DNA of 64,000 bases, taken from the NCBI GenBank assembly GCA_965112155.1, contig OZ218102.1; one strand, 5' to 3'. Below the pieces are notes generated by a model, which did not search any database, was not told the origin of the DNA, and worked only from the letters and a program-made list of their open reading frames with translations. The translations under genes and the position numbers were made by a program. Positions 39,327 to 52,989 of the stretch are shown here, in pieces (position 1 is the stretch's first letter; each line of letters starts with the position of its first letter). Source of the stretch: Podarcis liolepis. Lineage: Eukaryota.

Positions 39327-40506
39327 GAGCATCTAGCAGGGCACAATAAGGACTGCTTTATCCCCTATGTCCCAGGGTGATCACTAAGATCATCTGGGGG
39401 AGTACTATTAGTTGTTCCCCATGGACCAGAAGCACAACTCGGGTCAGCAAGGAGCCATGCCTTTGGTGTAGTGGACCCCAAACTACAGCACTCCCTCCCA
39501 CTAGAAATCAGGTACACACACAACTAAGTTTCGGGTGCCAGGGAGGGGCAGATGGCATACAGCTGGTTTCCACATCTCGCCTCCAAAGGAAGCTGACAGC
39601 AACAAAATACAAATGTCAGGGAAGGCAATGATGGTCAGTCTCTCCCCCCAGCTTCCTGGAAGTACTGTTTGCTGGTATAGGTCTTATTGCATTTCAAAAA
39701 CACCTCAGCAACTTGGTTTAAATGCAGTTCAGAGGGGAGGGGTCCTCTCACCAGGCTAGATGGCATACAGTGTGGGATGGCTGCCTGCAACAGGATGAGG
39801 AGGAAGGCCTAGGACTCTCTGCCTGCAGCAGCTGTCTCACTTCCAGCCCCAGCACAGAGGTAAGCTATGGGTTGGGGAGGGCTTGGCAGCCCCATCACCT
39901 TCCTGCTTTTTGATCTTTTAGATCAGCCCCCCCCCCTCACCCCTTTTTTATATCTGATTGAGGCAGTCCCGCCTTTCACAGGGTTTCCTGCCCTCACTTC
40001 TTGGTTTGAACCTTGATCTCAGGTGTTCAGTCGAGAGGCCTTTGAACACAGTGATTAAGTGCCAGAAGTAATGTGCACCTGTATGTAAATCTTATGTCGG
40101 AGCTGCTCCATTTCTCAGTTAGGAGGGAAGCAGGTGCCAGGTACAACTGCTATTTATAGAGCACTCTGGAGACAACTGTGCAAGATAAATGGAACATTTT
40201 CCACCAGCAATTTCTGATGGAATAACTGAGAAAATGGTAGGATCTCTTCAGTTTATCCCTTAGATGCAACACAATCCTGAACTTTATCTTGATATTTCAG
40301 ATTTTCTTTATTTAGATATCATGTCACACAGACTCTCTCCAAAGCATAAAGACTCTTGTTGTTAACTTTGCAAGTCTGCTGCTGTAATTGATCCTGTATG
40401 TTTGGCATTTATAGATGTATTCTTTCCAAAAGTAATGGTGACTCACGCTTCACTTATCTATTCTTTACCCCCTCAATGTGATCTTTGGAATGTTTTGATT
40501 GCTTTA

Positions 40507-40732
40507 CAGTGGTACCTCGGGTTAAGTACTTAATTCGTTCCGGAGGTCCGTACTTAACCTGAAACTGTTCTTAACATGAAGCACCACTTTAGCTAATGGG
40601 GCCTCCTGCTGCTGCCGTGCCGCCAGAGCACAATTTCTGTTCTCATCCTGAAGCAAAGTTCTTAACCTGAAGCAATATTTCTGGGTTAGCGGAGTCTGTA
40701 ACCTGAAGCGTATGTAACCCGAGGTACCACTG
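40507..40732 (+). mobile_element. Tigger-like MITE
   Basis: TIR cagtggtacctcgggtta / taacccgaggtaccactg; TA TSD. Confidence 0.9.
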
Positions 40733-41216
40733 TATATCGGTTTGCTTGTTTCAATCATTTGTCTGTAATAAAAATGGTGTGGTTGGGGTTTGTTTGTTTT
40801 TAATAAAAAGGAACCCTGTTAACTTTAACTACCTTAATAAGCAGAAGGTCCTTCCTTAGACTAGGAGATTGGTAATGCCTTCTGCTTTTAAGGGTATTTC
40901 AGACATGATGAGAACAGTGAAAGAGAGGAAGCACAGAGGACTTCCACATCCTCTCCCATCAGAAATTGATCCTGCATGTTTTTCTCAATGTGGCCTGTAC
41001 ATTCTTCCAAAGGGAGAAGTTTGCATATGTCAGGAGTGAGGATTCTTCTCTGTCTTCAGGTGTTGCTGGACTACAACTCCCTAAGCTTTGGAGATGCCAT
41101 CTAAGACTGATGGAACTTGGAGTACAACAGCCACAACCGCTACCAGCAGGGCAGAGGTTCGCCATCACGGATGCACACAATTCTCCTTTCATTTTCCTAC
41201 ATCTGAGATGTTTCCT

Positions 41217-41518
41217 AGTCCAGTGTGGTGTAGTGGTTGAGAGCAGTAGTCTTGTAATCTGGGGAACCGGGTTCTCGTCTCCGCTCCTCCACATGCAGCT
41301 GCTGGGTGACCTTGGGCCAGTCACACTTCTTTGAAGTCTCTCAGCCCCACTCACCTCACAGAGTATTTGTTGTGGGGGAGGAAGGGAAAGGAGAATGTTA
41401 GCCGCTTTGAGACTCCTTAAAAGGGAGTGAAAGGCGGGATATCAAATCCAAACTCCTCTTCCTCCTCCTCCTCCTCCTCCTCCTCCTCCTCCTCTTCTTC
41501 TTCTTCTTCTTCTTCTTC
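41217..41518 (+). mobile_element. Squam3 SINE with expanded (CCT)n(CTT)n tail
   Basis: ccagtgtggtgtagtggtt (A box)..gggttc..tcc (B box)..gggtgaccttgggccagtcac..gggatatcaaatccaaactc plus microsatellite tail. Confidence 0.88.
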
Positions 41519-43378
41519 ACATTAATGCTTCGGTCCTTCTCCTAAGCAAAGCGGCTTAAACCTTGTCTTGCCCAGGCATCCACAAAAATCTATTTGCAAG
41601 GGCCAAGTGCCTCAGACCAAAAGGTGAGAAGGCTGGCCAGTGGTGGCCATTCCATCTTCCAAGCTCTCCCTTCCACACACTTTGCAGAAGATAAGAGGCA
41701 GCTTGAGCATAGGCGAGAGACTCATGCTCTTCCCTACCTTGTACAAATCTCAAAGGAAATGAGAGAAATCTTTGGCTTTCCCTCAATCCTCCTATCCATG
41801 CTAGAGGGCTTGAAACAGAAACCAGATCTCATCTCACTTTCACAGAGGTCTGGATAAAATAAAATAACAGCAGGAATCTCTCCAGAAATCCCTGCATTTT
41901 CCCCTGAGCCTTCTGCACATGCCCAGAAAAGTTAGGAAGAGAGCCAGTGACGAGCACAGAGGCTAACTATATAAATTTGATTTGATTCACATTTAAAGGC
42001 AAATTTGCCTAATTTGCACTTTCAGGAACAACAGGCAAACTGAAACCCAGCTATCCTTTGAAATGCACACTTCTTAAAAATCTGCAGTGCAGTTATGCAG
42101 CCAAATAATGTGTACAGAAATGCATACACCAGGGTAAAGTGTGCTTATAAATGTATGTATTAGTGAAAATAACAGACAATAATGCATTATGTTAGGGAAT
42201 GTTGCTTTGCATGTGTTGTATATTCACAAAGTTGCATACCAAAAAATACTGTACATCAAGATAAATTCATACTAAAATGTTGGTGGATATTCAGGTGGAC
42301 TTTAAAAACTCCCAAATTGATGTCAAGAACATCACATCACCCATATCTACTAGGATCTAAGCAAATATTTATCAACCCTCAAAACCACCAGAAACTGGGA
42401 TCCAAGAAACTGCCCTCCAGCTCTGAGTGGACCTAAACTGATTCAGAAATGTGACTAAGGGACCTTAAAACCAGAAAAATGAGACACTGAAATTGAAAGA
42501 TTTGTCCATCACTATTTTGGACTGGGCTACAAAAAAACAGTCAAACAATAACCAAGCCACATTCTTTCCAAATAGGCTGCAGATATCGCTAGCTGAAAGT
42601 GTCACAAGTCCGTCTTCTCAAATATATGACACTTCTCATTTTGGAAGAGGACAGAGAGTTCTTGAAGCCGGTGTTTGTCCTCAGAAAGCCTTCAGGGCCT
42701 GCTCTCCGTGTCGGACACAATGTCTCAAATGCAGATGATGCAACACTCGGGCACCCAAAATAGGAACGAGTCCCCATGACCAGATGCTATTCTTCAGGAA
42801 GCTGAAAGGATTTCCGAAACAGAGCGCTTGTGGCAAATTTGCACTCCAGAGCATCCTTTGACCTCTGCTGAATTGGGATGAAGGCAGCCATGTATAACAA
42901 TTAAACCTAATTAGGCCGGAGCACATTAGCTGTGTGAAATGTAAAATGCTTTATGTTGCTGAGTGCGGGCATCATCCGCCGGTCACTGCTGGTATCAAAG
43001 ACCGTGGAAACAAACAGGGAAATTGCACAAAAGGCATCGTTTGGAGGGTAGGCAGTGAAAGCTTCCATTGAAGTTATTCCAATCTGTCCCAGCTAGCAAC
43101 TGCCAGTGAAGGCTTGTATAATTAATAAAAGGATTAAAATTAGCATAAGTTCAGGAAAGGATGTCACACGAAAGCTGATTTTCAGCATGCCACCCCAACC
43201 TCACTAACTGTCTGTTCCTTTCTAGGTTGTGAAGGGATACAGGATACCCCTTTTATTTCCCCCCATATGAATGAATGGCTATTGGGGAACCTGTAGCTGG
43301 GGAACAATACTGCACTGGGAACAAAATATGTCTACCACTCCAATGCCAAAAGGGACCACATAGACTACCATGCCTCTC

Positions 43379-43380
<2 letters not shown>

Positions 43381-43425
<45 letters not shown>
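43381..43425. repeat. (AC)22 microsatellite
   Basis: Direct reading. Confidence 0.95.
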
Positions 43426-43426
<1 letters not shown>

Positions 43427-43444
43427 TTTGTGACAGCTCCAGGA

Positions 43445-43606
43445 ATCTTCACTGTCACTCAATGCTTGGCTTTGATTTGTCTCCCTTTACAGGACCTTTT
43501 TGAAATTTTGAATTAATTCTGACTTTACTAATTCATGAAATGGAGAGAAATGACCTTAAAATGTTTATCCCAAAGCTGAGAGGATGAAAACGAAAACAAG
43601 CCCCCA
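43445..43606 (+). repeat. 162-bp dispersed direct duplicate (copy 2)
   Basis: Matches 34766-34927. Confidence 0.9.
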
Positions 43607-44060
43607 GCTATCTTTTCTATGTCCCTTGTCAGACCACCTCGGAGGTCCAGTGAGGCCCAGTCCACTTCCAGCTTTCGAGGCTGCTAAGACCAAGTAAAAT
43701 TTAAAATGACCACACCTCTGAAACAAATGAAAGCACAAAAATTAGAGTGAGGCATAATTTGAATTTTGTGTTTCTTTAACAAATGCTTTTCTGGACTTTC
43801 CTGAGAGCCTGTGACACATTTTGGTGCGGTGCCTAAAGCTGCAAGACTTTATCAACTGCAGATTTCTTGCATGCACACCCGCCCCCCCCCCCCCAGGATG
43901 TAGTGCAGGACAAGAGGGAGTCCTCCTTTATTGAGAGGACTTGCAGCTCCTTCTGCCTCTCAGCTGCAAGTCTGGGTGTAGCTGGACTGCTGTGGCCACA
44001 GGTACGTGTTCTGAGTTGGATGGGGCTGAGCGTTTCTGCAGTGTGAGAAATAAAAGCGGG

Positions 44061-44523
44061 TGTGGCGATCACACACAGGGCCCCCAGACGTTTGACGGTC
44101 TATTGACCCTGTGCCGCCACTGCAATTGCTTTTTCCGCTGCCACCACCCTGTATCTCACGGGGACACACGGAGTCCAGTCAGTTGTTAACATAAACAAAT
44201 AATCAAGTTTATTTTTAAATGCAGGAACAAGCTTATGGTTTCAGTTAATTTTTCTCTTGTCAGTTTCTTATTCTTAGTTCATAACAACTCCAAACTGAGT
44301 ATTCCAACTATCTATCTGACTCCACCTAACAATTCCTCTCACCCTCTCACAATACAACTCTACCAACCCACACCTAAACCTCCCTTTTCCTTCTTCAACT
44401 CCCAAACCTCAACTCAACTCCCAAACCTCAACTTTTATTCCCCCCTTGCATTTTCACTGGCCAATCACATCACACCTATTTTAACCCTTTCCTTATGACC
44501 CATCCTAGGAGGCAAACACCACA
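44061..44523 (-). mobile_element. Solo LTR (Gypsy/ERV-type)
   Basis: TG..CA ends with short inverted repeat tgtggcg / caccaca; perfect 5-bp TSD gcggg (44056-60, 44524-28); minus-strand AATAAA at 44208-44213. Confidence 0.8.
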
Positions 44524-45493
44524 GCGGGTTTTGTGCGTTTTTAGCACACTCATAAGTTTTATACATTGTATGTACTGGCTTCTTGAGTTTTGTATGTGTG
44601 TGAGAGTGAGTGTTCAGGGTGCTGAGTACACCTGCATGTACTGCAGCTTGCGATCTTAAGCAAAGCAGAGCAGCATGTGATAGGAACCGGTTCTCTTCCT
44701 CCTCAGGCTGCAGAGCTGGCCCTTGGATTCGTTCTGCAGCAGGTGGGCCTAAGAGCGAAGTAAGATGCCCAGTCCCTGTAGTCCTTCAATAGCAGAGCTC
44801 AGCTAGGTTAACCCAAGCGTCTGAACTGATCGTCACATGCATCCGAGCATCCTTTTGAGCTTGAGGCCCGTCTGAGCCCTCTCTGACAGGCCCTGCTCCT
44901 TGCTCCCTGGATTCAAGAGGAAAGAGACGATATACAGGGTTGCAGCTTTACCTACTGTTATCCTGAACAGGCAGCTGAAAACTGCAAGCGGGATCCGCAA
45001 CAAAATGTTGCAGTACAGAGCGTTTCTGTTCAGTGCCATCCTCCAAGCTATTCCATTCCCCCATTCACCTGCTTTTGTATCTACCCCTCTCAAACAACAG
45101 TCAGTGCCTGCCTATTCATTTTTCAGATTCCCCTACGGCAAGCCTGCTGAAATCCAATTCTTGTGTAATAATAATAATAATTAATTATAATTGCCTTATT
45201 ATTTCACCCTGACCATCTGGATGGCTGCAGCTGCTTTAGAGGAAATGATCCCTTGCCCTGTCAGACCTTCTCTCAGGGAACTGAAGCAAGACTAAATGTG
45301 GGGGGAAACAGGCATAGTTGAATTTCTTCCTCTGCCTTTGGCAATACACTTAATGATGAATGAGAGGAGTGAGAGGAGACAGGGCTGAATTTCTGACTAG
45401 TTGGGACTCTCATATTTGCAGGCAGAGCTCCAAAGAAATGAATGGGAAAATCAGTGTACAGCCTTTCCATTGTACTTGATTGTCTTTACAGTA

Positions 45494-45725
45494 CAGTGGT
45501 ACCTCAGGTTAGAGATGCTTCAGGTTACAGACTCCGCTAACCCAGAAATACCGGTAGTACCTTGGGTTAAGAACTTTGCTTCAGGATGAGAACAGAAATC
45601 GTGCAGTGCTGGCGTGGCGGCAGTGGGAGGCCCCATTAGCTAAAGTGGTACCTCAGGTTAGGAACAGTTTCAGGTTAAGAACGGACCTCCAGAACGAATT
45701 AAGTTCTTAACCCGAGGTACCACTG
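45494..45725 (-). mobile_element. Tigger-like MITE (same family, inverted)
   Basis: Reverse complement of the 40507 and 46043 copies; TA flanks. Confidence 0.9.
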
Positions 45726-46042
45726 TAATAGATTTTTTAAAGCAGTTTTGATTCTTTTACTGGCTTTTCATCTGATTACTGCAAGCTTGTATGAAAAGAA
45801 TAATAGAAAAATATATAAAAAAATATATGCATTCTAAAATATAAAATAACCTGAAATACTCTCTTGAAAAAAAATCAAGTTTCCATTCTTTAACAGGAAA
45901 CTGTCATGCCGCAAGATTTAAAATAGTTAGGTGTGGCACTGTACTCATTCAGAAAGCCTCCTATGACAGCTAAACTGGCTGCAATCCTATGTACACTTAT
46001 TTGTGTTCCTTTTTCTTTAAAGCAATTTTAAAAACCCTATTA

Positions 46043-46284
46043 CAGTGGTACCTCGGGTTAAGTACCTAATTCGTTCCGGAGGTCCGTACATAACCTGAAA
46101 CTGTTCTTAACCTGAAGCACCACTTTAGCCAATGGGGCCTCCTGCTGCCGCCGCGCCGCCAGAGCACGATTTCTGTTCTTATCCTGAAGCAAAGTTCTTA
46201 ACCTGAAGCACTATTTCTGGGTTAGCGGAGTGTGTAACCTGAAGCGTATGTAACCTGAAGCGTATGTAACCCGAGGTACCACTG
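46043..46284 (+). mobile_element. Tigger-like MITE
   Basis: Same TIRs and TA TSD; one extra internal tgtaacctgaagcgta unit relative to the 40507 copy. Confidence 0.9.
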
Positions 46285-46499
46285 TATATTGCTCATTAGT
46301 CTCCCATATGTTGCTGAACTGCAACTCCCATCAGCCCTAACAAGCATGGCCAATGGCCAGGAATGATGGGAATTGTAGTTCAGCAGTATCTGGAGAGACA
46401 AACGTTTCCCATGCCTGATATAGCATGTACTTTGGCCGAAGATTTTTTCAAACAGAGAAACAGAAGAAATGAGATTGCAATGCGTCAATCTATTAGCCA

Positions 46500-47030
46500 A
46501 TATATTCAATTTGCCAATTAGTGTAATTTTAGATTATTAAATTATTATCTGGCAACAGTTTATATGGCAGTATAATGTTATATTAGGACTCAATCGTCCA
46601 CCTCTTTTCTTTTTATCACTGAGTACCAACATTTTCATTCTTGTTCTGTCTCCCACCCCCAATTCCTGATCAATTTCAGAAAGAGTTGCTCCCATCTGTT
46701 AAGCTACTGGACCAAAAATTTAATAGTGAGAAACTGAAATGGAAGATTGTCTTAGGCATCAGTGTCATTTAAACTAGAGTAATTCTCTGTCAAAGAGTGA
46801 TGGATATACCAGTAATTTTCCTACTACTTAATTAATAACACGCATTATTTAACTAATGAATCATAATTATCCCAATATATTTCTGTATAGATCGTTCAGT
46901 TTCCTTGTTGGATTTATCCCTAAATGTCTTGTTGGTTTGTCTTCCCAAGCATATTTAAGTTTTTCATTATTAAAAATAGATTCTTTGTTGTATTGATTCC
47001 TATAGTAATTTCTGTTCCCCCCCCCTTTAA
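46500..47030 (-). mobile_element. Degraded L1-type ORF2 fragment
   Basis: The minus strand is A-rich and coding-like, with a frameshifted LKYLG-like stretch (cccaagcatatttaag on +). No open frame remains. Confidence 0.4.
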
Positions 47031-47040
47031 TTCATTTGAA

Positions 47041-47690
47041 TCATAAAATTCACTGAATCGTAGAATTGTAGAGTTGGAAGGGATCCTGGGAATCCTGGGA
47101 AGAGGTTCCCAAACCTATTTGGCCTGCTCACCCCTTTTCAGAAAAAAAGAAAACTGAGTTCTCCCCTGGAAATCTACCTTCTTTAAGAGAACAAGTGAAG
47201 TCTGCTGGCTTAGTCAGATCTTCCCCAGGGGCGGGCCCAGCGCTGCAGCTGGCCTGCCATTGGTCATATAGGCAGGCAAGTTGTGATGCACTTCCCAGGC
47301 CCAGTTGAAGCCAAAAAGGGTCGACCCAAGCTTGGGGAAAAACCCTCACCTTCAGCACACCTGCCAGATCCAGGGAAGGTATTGTCACCATCTCGCCATG
47401 GTGCCTTACCTGGCGGTAAGCGTCATTACACAACAGATGAAACATGTACAAATGTGTCCCCCCCCCAAATTCTCTTCTTTCTTAATGCTTCCAACACCCT
47501 CTTATTTTTTATTCAACGCCCACCAGTTGCACTCAAGGCTACTACCCCCCCCCCCAGATCATTCCAGCACCGCCCAGGGGGCAGTATCACCCACTTTGGG
47601 AAACACTGATCTAGTGCAACCCCCTGCAATGAAGAAAGCTCCACTAGATCACACATGACAGATGGCCATTCAGCTTCTGCTTTGTTAAAA
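47041..47690 (-). mobile_element. CR1 3' tail split by an hAT-like MITE (~47100-47608)
   Basis: tcgtagaattgtagagttggaaggga, then the insert ending tttgggaaacactg, then the CR1 resumes (atctagtgcaaccccctgcaatg..catgacagatggcca). Confidence 0.6.
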
Positions 47691-47857
47691 CCAGGAATAG
47701 GGAGGCAGTTAAGCGACTTCCAAAATCCCAAGTCCCCACCACAGCCTCTAACTAAGGCCAGGACAATGACCATTGACACAGGCACCATGCATACACAACA
47801 GCAAAGAGGCTCAGAAAGGCAGTCTAAAATTGTAGCAATAAGCAGATACCATCTATC

Positions 47858-48300
47858 TGTTAGAATTCCTGATCTATGATTACAGTCATGGGATTTTTGT
47901 CTATCACATGATGGTGTATGTTTTGACTCCACAGAGTGGGGTGTGACGGAGACAGGATGTTACTGTGTTCCGTGATGTGGGACTATTGTCCTTTGTTCTT
48001 TCTCTCTTTGCTGTCTGATGCTAGAGATAGAGAGAGCCATGTTGCAGTGCTCCATGTGTGTTTATATGTAAATAAAGTAGATTAGCCAAAATGCTGAGTT
48101 GCTGAGTTCTGCCACACGCATGATGTGCAAACTCTGCGGATCCCTAAGTGTGCCGGTGTCGGTTGGCATCGGTCACTGTGATGTTCGGGCAGAAGAAAGC
48201 TTATGAAGCTCCTGAACGATCGACCAGGAGGGAGGGAACATGCCTGTCGGGGATGTGTCTCTGCCAGGGTCCTACTCAAGTGTAGGCTGAACTTCTGACA
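47858..48300 (+). mobile_element. Probable solo LTR
   Basis: Ends tgttagaa / ttctgaca; internal AATAAA near 48070; CpG-retaining U5-like part. TSD is only partial (ctatc/gtatt). Confidence 0.55.
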
Positions 48301-48769
48301 GTATTGTCCTGTTTCCTCTAACTATTCAATACAGAATCAAACAACTGCCAAAATTCAACAGTTTGACAGATTTCCTTGGTTCCAATGGCTAATGACTCCT
48401 CTGGAAGAGGGGAATCCAGGTCTCCCCCTGCCTCTATAATCCCTTAAGCATAAGGTCACATACCCCTTCCCCCTCCACAAGGTGTGAACTTAGCCACACA
48501 ATCAGAGCTATGGCTAGCTGCTCCGGCACCTGAAGCAGCGCACATGCTGTGCACCCGGGGCAAGCGTCAAGCATCCCAGGGGGTCACTGCTTACGGCGAT
48601 GTCACCCCCCTCAGGGATGACACCCAGGGCGAACCTCATCCCCCGCACCCCCCTGCCTCTGCCAGTGCACACAATAGGAGGCAGGAGGCAATCAAGGGCA
48701 GCACATATCCCAGACAGAAACCCATCAGGATGGTGGATTGAATCCTGCTATTTTCAAAGGAGAAGCACA

Positions 48770-49189
48770 TGAGAGCCTTGCAGCTAGAGGGATGTGTGAA
48801 TACTCTTACTGTTTTGGAAGGAAGTGGGTAGTTAAAAAGTATCGGGAACTGGGGTTATTGACAGGGGTGAGTGAAGGGCTCATGTTTCTACATGCCGAAC
48901 ACTCCTACTTTGTGACATATCTGTGATGTGTTGATGATGCTGTTGAAAAATGTATTATGGGAAATGGGGAGAGGTCTTAAAAGTTCACGCAAGCCCATGC
49001 TCGGGGTTCCTACTCTTTGTGTGTTTGAACCTTCTTGCAACAAATAAAGATCAGGTCTAATGACCGCTGTTTGCTTCTTTAACTTGGCTGGAGACTCCTT
49101 CTTTTGCTGACCGGAGAGAACCACAGGGAGTGGCACCCCGACGAGCTGGGCAGTGAAGTAAATCCACACCCCAGGATTTTTCCTTATCA
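48770..49189 (+). mobile_element. Possible LTR remnant
   Basis: TATA-like cttaaaag near 48975, AATAAA near 49043, 3' end tttttccttatca. The left boundary and TSD are unresolved. Confidence 0.35.
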
Positions 49190-51915
49190 GCTTAAAAACC
49201 AGATTATTGTTGACTTGCAAGTGACTTTGTAACTGTTAAAGTTAAACCTCCTCCCCGCCATTATATTGTCATTTTCCCATTAATCCAAATATGCAGTATT
49301 GTTTTTCATGTTAACATGTAACACTCAGTATTCAACATAAATCCTTACTTGACTGCACTGGCTACCACTTAGTTTCCAGCTTCAATTAAAATCGATGGTT
49401 TTGTACCTCAAGGACCATCTCTCCCCGTGGATACTGTGTGCTCTAACCACTACATTATTTTACACTGGCTTGTGTTTCATCTGCTGCTGTTTCAGAAGCA
49501 ATTAAGATTCTTGCCTATCCCGTCGCCACATCCCATTTTAGACTTAGGAGTGAATTTTAAATGGATGCAATAGAATGCTGTCCCAATAACAGAGAAGAAA
49601 TGTTTGCATATCTGTGATGCCTTAGGAATCACGGTGTATCTCCACAATGGGTGGACACTATCCAGCCAAAAGTCGCATTGCTGGGAGAGTTGATGACATG
49701 CTTTAGGAAACCATCATAAAACTGGCTGAAACTGGCATAACTGCTGCTCTGCCAATGAAGAGGAAGGTCAACCTGAGGGATGGCACTTATGGCACCAGAG
49801 TACACAGAACACCAGTATGCCCAGAGAGCTTTGCAGCCATAGAAGTCCCACCAGCAGTGGAGGCCAGAATTGGGCAAGGAGGGCCTTCTGTGTCCCCTGC
49901 CATCTCCCAAAAAGGGATTCCCTTCTGTCTACAGTAAGCCAGAAGGGCTTTGGATATGGCAATTGCTCCATTATGGACTCTCACCAACAATACGGATTCA
50001 TCTCATGGTCTTTCACAATTACATCAATGGGACTTCCAAGTACTTTACTTTTCCTGGATGCTGCAATATGATAATGTACTAGTTAGCTGATAGGTATCTA
50101 CTTCAAATGGTGAGTCAGTCTCATAAGCCAGTTCCTGGTGGAATTCATCCTACTGCCATAATTATTCAAATTTCTTATAAAGATTCACAATTAATAAATA
50201 AAAAGGAAGAACAGGGGCAAACAGAATGCTTGCTGGTTTCCTCAAACCATTTTGCATGAATTAACATGTTCTCTTGGCAAAATATAAGAGCAAATGGTGT
50301 GGCCAGCCTGCCATGGAATGTGCCGCCATTGGTTAATTTGCTGTGATGCCACAAAGATCACAATAAGTGCTAAGAGACAAGCAAAGTTGGGAATTCAAGA
50401 GAGGGAGCAAGAACTGAAAGCTGTTCCAGATTCACTGGAAGGCATTTTTGAATTCATGCATTGTGTGTTTTATTTTGAAAAACTCATTTGTGCATTGCAT
50501 TTTAGACGCCTCGCAGTATTTTTATTCCATACTTGATATACTTTAATGTAGCTTTTCTGCATGTTTATGAGAGTGACTCAAACATATGCATTAAATTTAA
50601 AAAAAAAAAAACAGCTAGAAAATTAAAGGAAGTTCTTGGACCTAGCATCTGAGAGCTCTTTCTCACATGTAATATTTGAGATCATTGGGAATCTGAGAGG
50701 CAATTCAAAACAAAAATTTATGGAAAAGTGGGATAGATATAAAACATATGTTCAAAAATACAGTAAAGGTTTGCTACCTATGCTAGCATTTGATTGACGT
50801 TGGAGTGAGACTGAGTTGAGAAATAAGACTAAGAGCACATATTGATATAGGAATGTATTAGATAATATGTAAAGAAATATACAATAATAAGAGTACATTC
50901 ATTTGTAAAAAAGGAATATACAACGGGAAAGACAGAAAGTCTAGTGTGTTGGTATGTATATGTTTTTTTGGGGGAAATGTTTTTGTGTTTTTTTCTTTGT
51001 TCTTTTTCTTTGTTTGTTTCATTTTCTTTTTAGGTATATAAAATTTGTATATAATTTTTGTATACATGTTGGAAATTATATTATAGTAAGTCCCGTAATG
51101 TAATATGACAATGTTTACCGATGTAATAGAAGAATGTTAATAAATAAATAAAATGCAAAAAAGGGGGGGGGAGGGAATCTGTTTTCGTGCGACCAAGAAC
51201 AAATATTAGCAGCCTTCTTTCTGATAAACTTTCTTGCTTCCTTTCATCATGACTACGGTACTTCTCGTATTTGCTCAGTTGCAGAGTAACAGTAACAGAA
51301 GACTACTACTCCATATGCACTCAGAAGACATATTTTCTTCTTGAACTGTGTTGTTGCCTGGCCTTCGGGACTGGCTCCCATAACAACAATCTCCTTTCGC
51401 CAAAATGGATCTGCATGTGTGAATTGTATTTAATTTCTCCAGCACAGGCACCCGTGACCTAAAGGAAATAGGTGCTATCAAATCCAATGGAACCACTATC
51501 ATCTTATACAGCAGAAAGTCCTGTTGTACTTTCATTTCTTTGGACTAGTCCATTATCTCTTCAAAATGTCTGATGGGGCTGGAATCTAGAAATGAGAGTG
51601 TAAGGAAATTCTGGCCAAGCATTTGAATATCAGTTGCTGGGGGATGACAGTGGAACCCATGGGCATCTGTAGAGGCACTGTAAGAAACAGAAAACTAGAA
51701 TAGGTGGGCCTTTGATCTGATCCAGCTGGGCTCTTCTTGTGATTTCCATAAATGCATTGACCATTAATTAAGCTGCTTGGCTTTGGTTTGGTTATAAAAG
51801 CTCACAAAAACTTCATAGAGGATTTTTTTTTTTTTTTACAATTTAATACAGAATATTTTAATCAGTTAAAATATTCAGATAAGAACTTTTATCTAATATT
51901 CAGTTTAGCTCTAAA

Positions 51916-51949
<34 letters not shown>

Positions 51950-52569
51950 TAATCTCTTTTAATAAAGAATTAATCAAATATGTAGATTTCAAATCATACA
52001 GACTTTGTTTTTCATTCTGTTTGTTAGAAATTTATGTTAATAAAACCTTTTTAAAACTTTTAATTAGTCAAATGAAGTAAGCGTGTATGCATATTTGAAA
52101 GGCTTGGAAAATTAGCGTAGCGTTTCTTTTTCCTGGATATAGAAAATTAAAGGATATAAACTTTCTTTCAAATGTTATCCATCTGCCTCTCCCAGTGCAG
52201 AGGGATTCGTTCATTCATACCATTTCATTTCATTTTTTAAATTATTTTTTTAAATCTTAATAAATCTTCTCTTGCCAACTTCTTTAACTGAAACTCATTA
52301 ACATATTAGAAGATAATTTATCAGCCGTGTCACATATATTGTTCCTCATATATCAATTTGTCATTCTTCTGCTCCCGTTCCCTTTTTAGAATATTAGGAA
52401 TTATTTCAAATATGTATTAATGAGTATCTCCATGTGAATGTTAACTGTTGAGATTCATTCAAGTCCTTAAGATTAACTAAGGGGCAATTCTGCTTCTTTA
52501 TCCTTATTGGGGGATAAGGCAATCAATGGTAACTACTATGTTGATGATTATGCTCTACTCTAGCTCAAT

Positions 52570-52910
52570 GGGACACGGGTGGTGCTGTGGGTTAAACCAC
52601 AGAGCCTAGGACTTGCCGATCAGAAGGTCGGCGGTTTGAATCCCCATGATGGGGTGAGCTCCTGTTGCTCAGCCCCTGCTCCTGCCAACCTAGCAGTTTG
52701 AAAGCACCTCAAAGTGCAAGTAGATAAATAGGGACAGCTCTTGTGGGAAGGTAAACGGCGTTTCGGTGCGCTGCTCTGGTTCGCCAGAAGCAGCTTAGTC
52801 ATGCTGGCCACATGACCCAGAAGCTGTACGTCAATAAAGCGAGATGAGCGCCGCAACCCCAGAGTCAGCCACGACTGGACCTAATGGTTAGGGGTCCCCT
52901 TTACCCTTTA
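52570..52910 (+). mobile_element. Sauria SINE
   Basis: Full head, core and ACCTTT-type tail; TSD ctcaatgg at 52564-52571 and 52912-52919. Confidence 0.93.
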
Positions 52911-52989
52911 TCTCAATGGTCAGAAGCAGAAATGCTTCTGAATACCAGTTGCCAGAAACTGCAGGAGAGTGCTCTTGTTCTCAGGTCCT

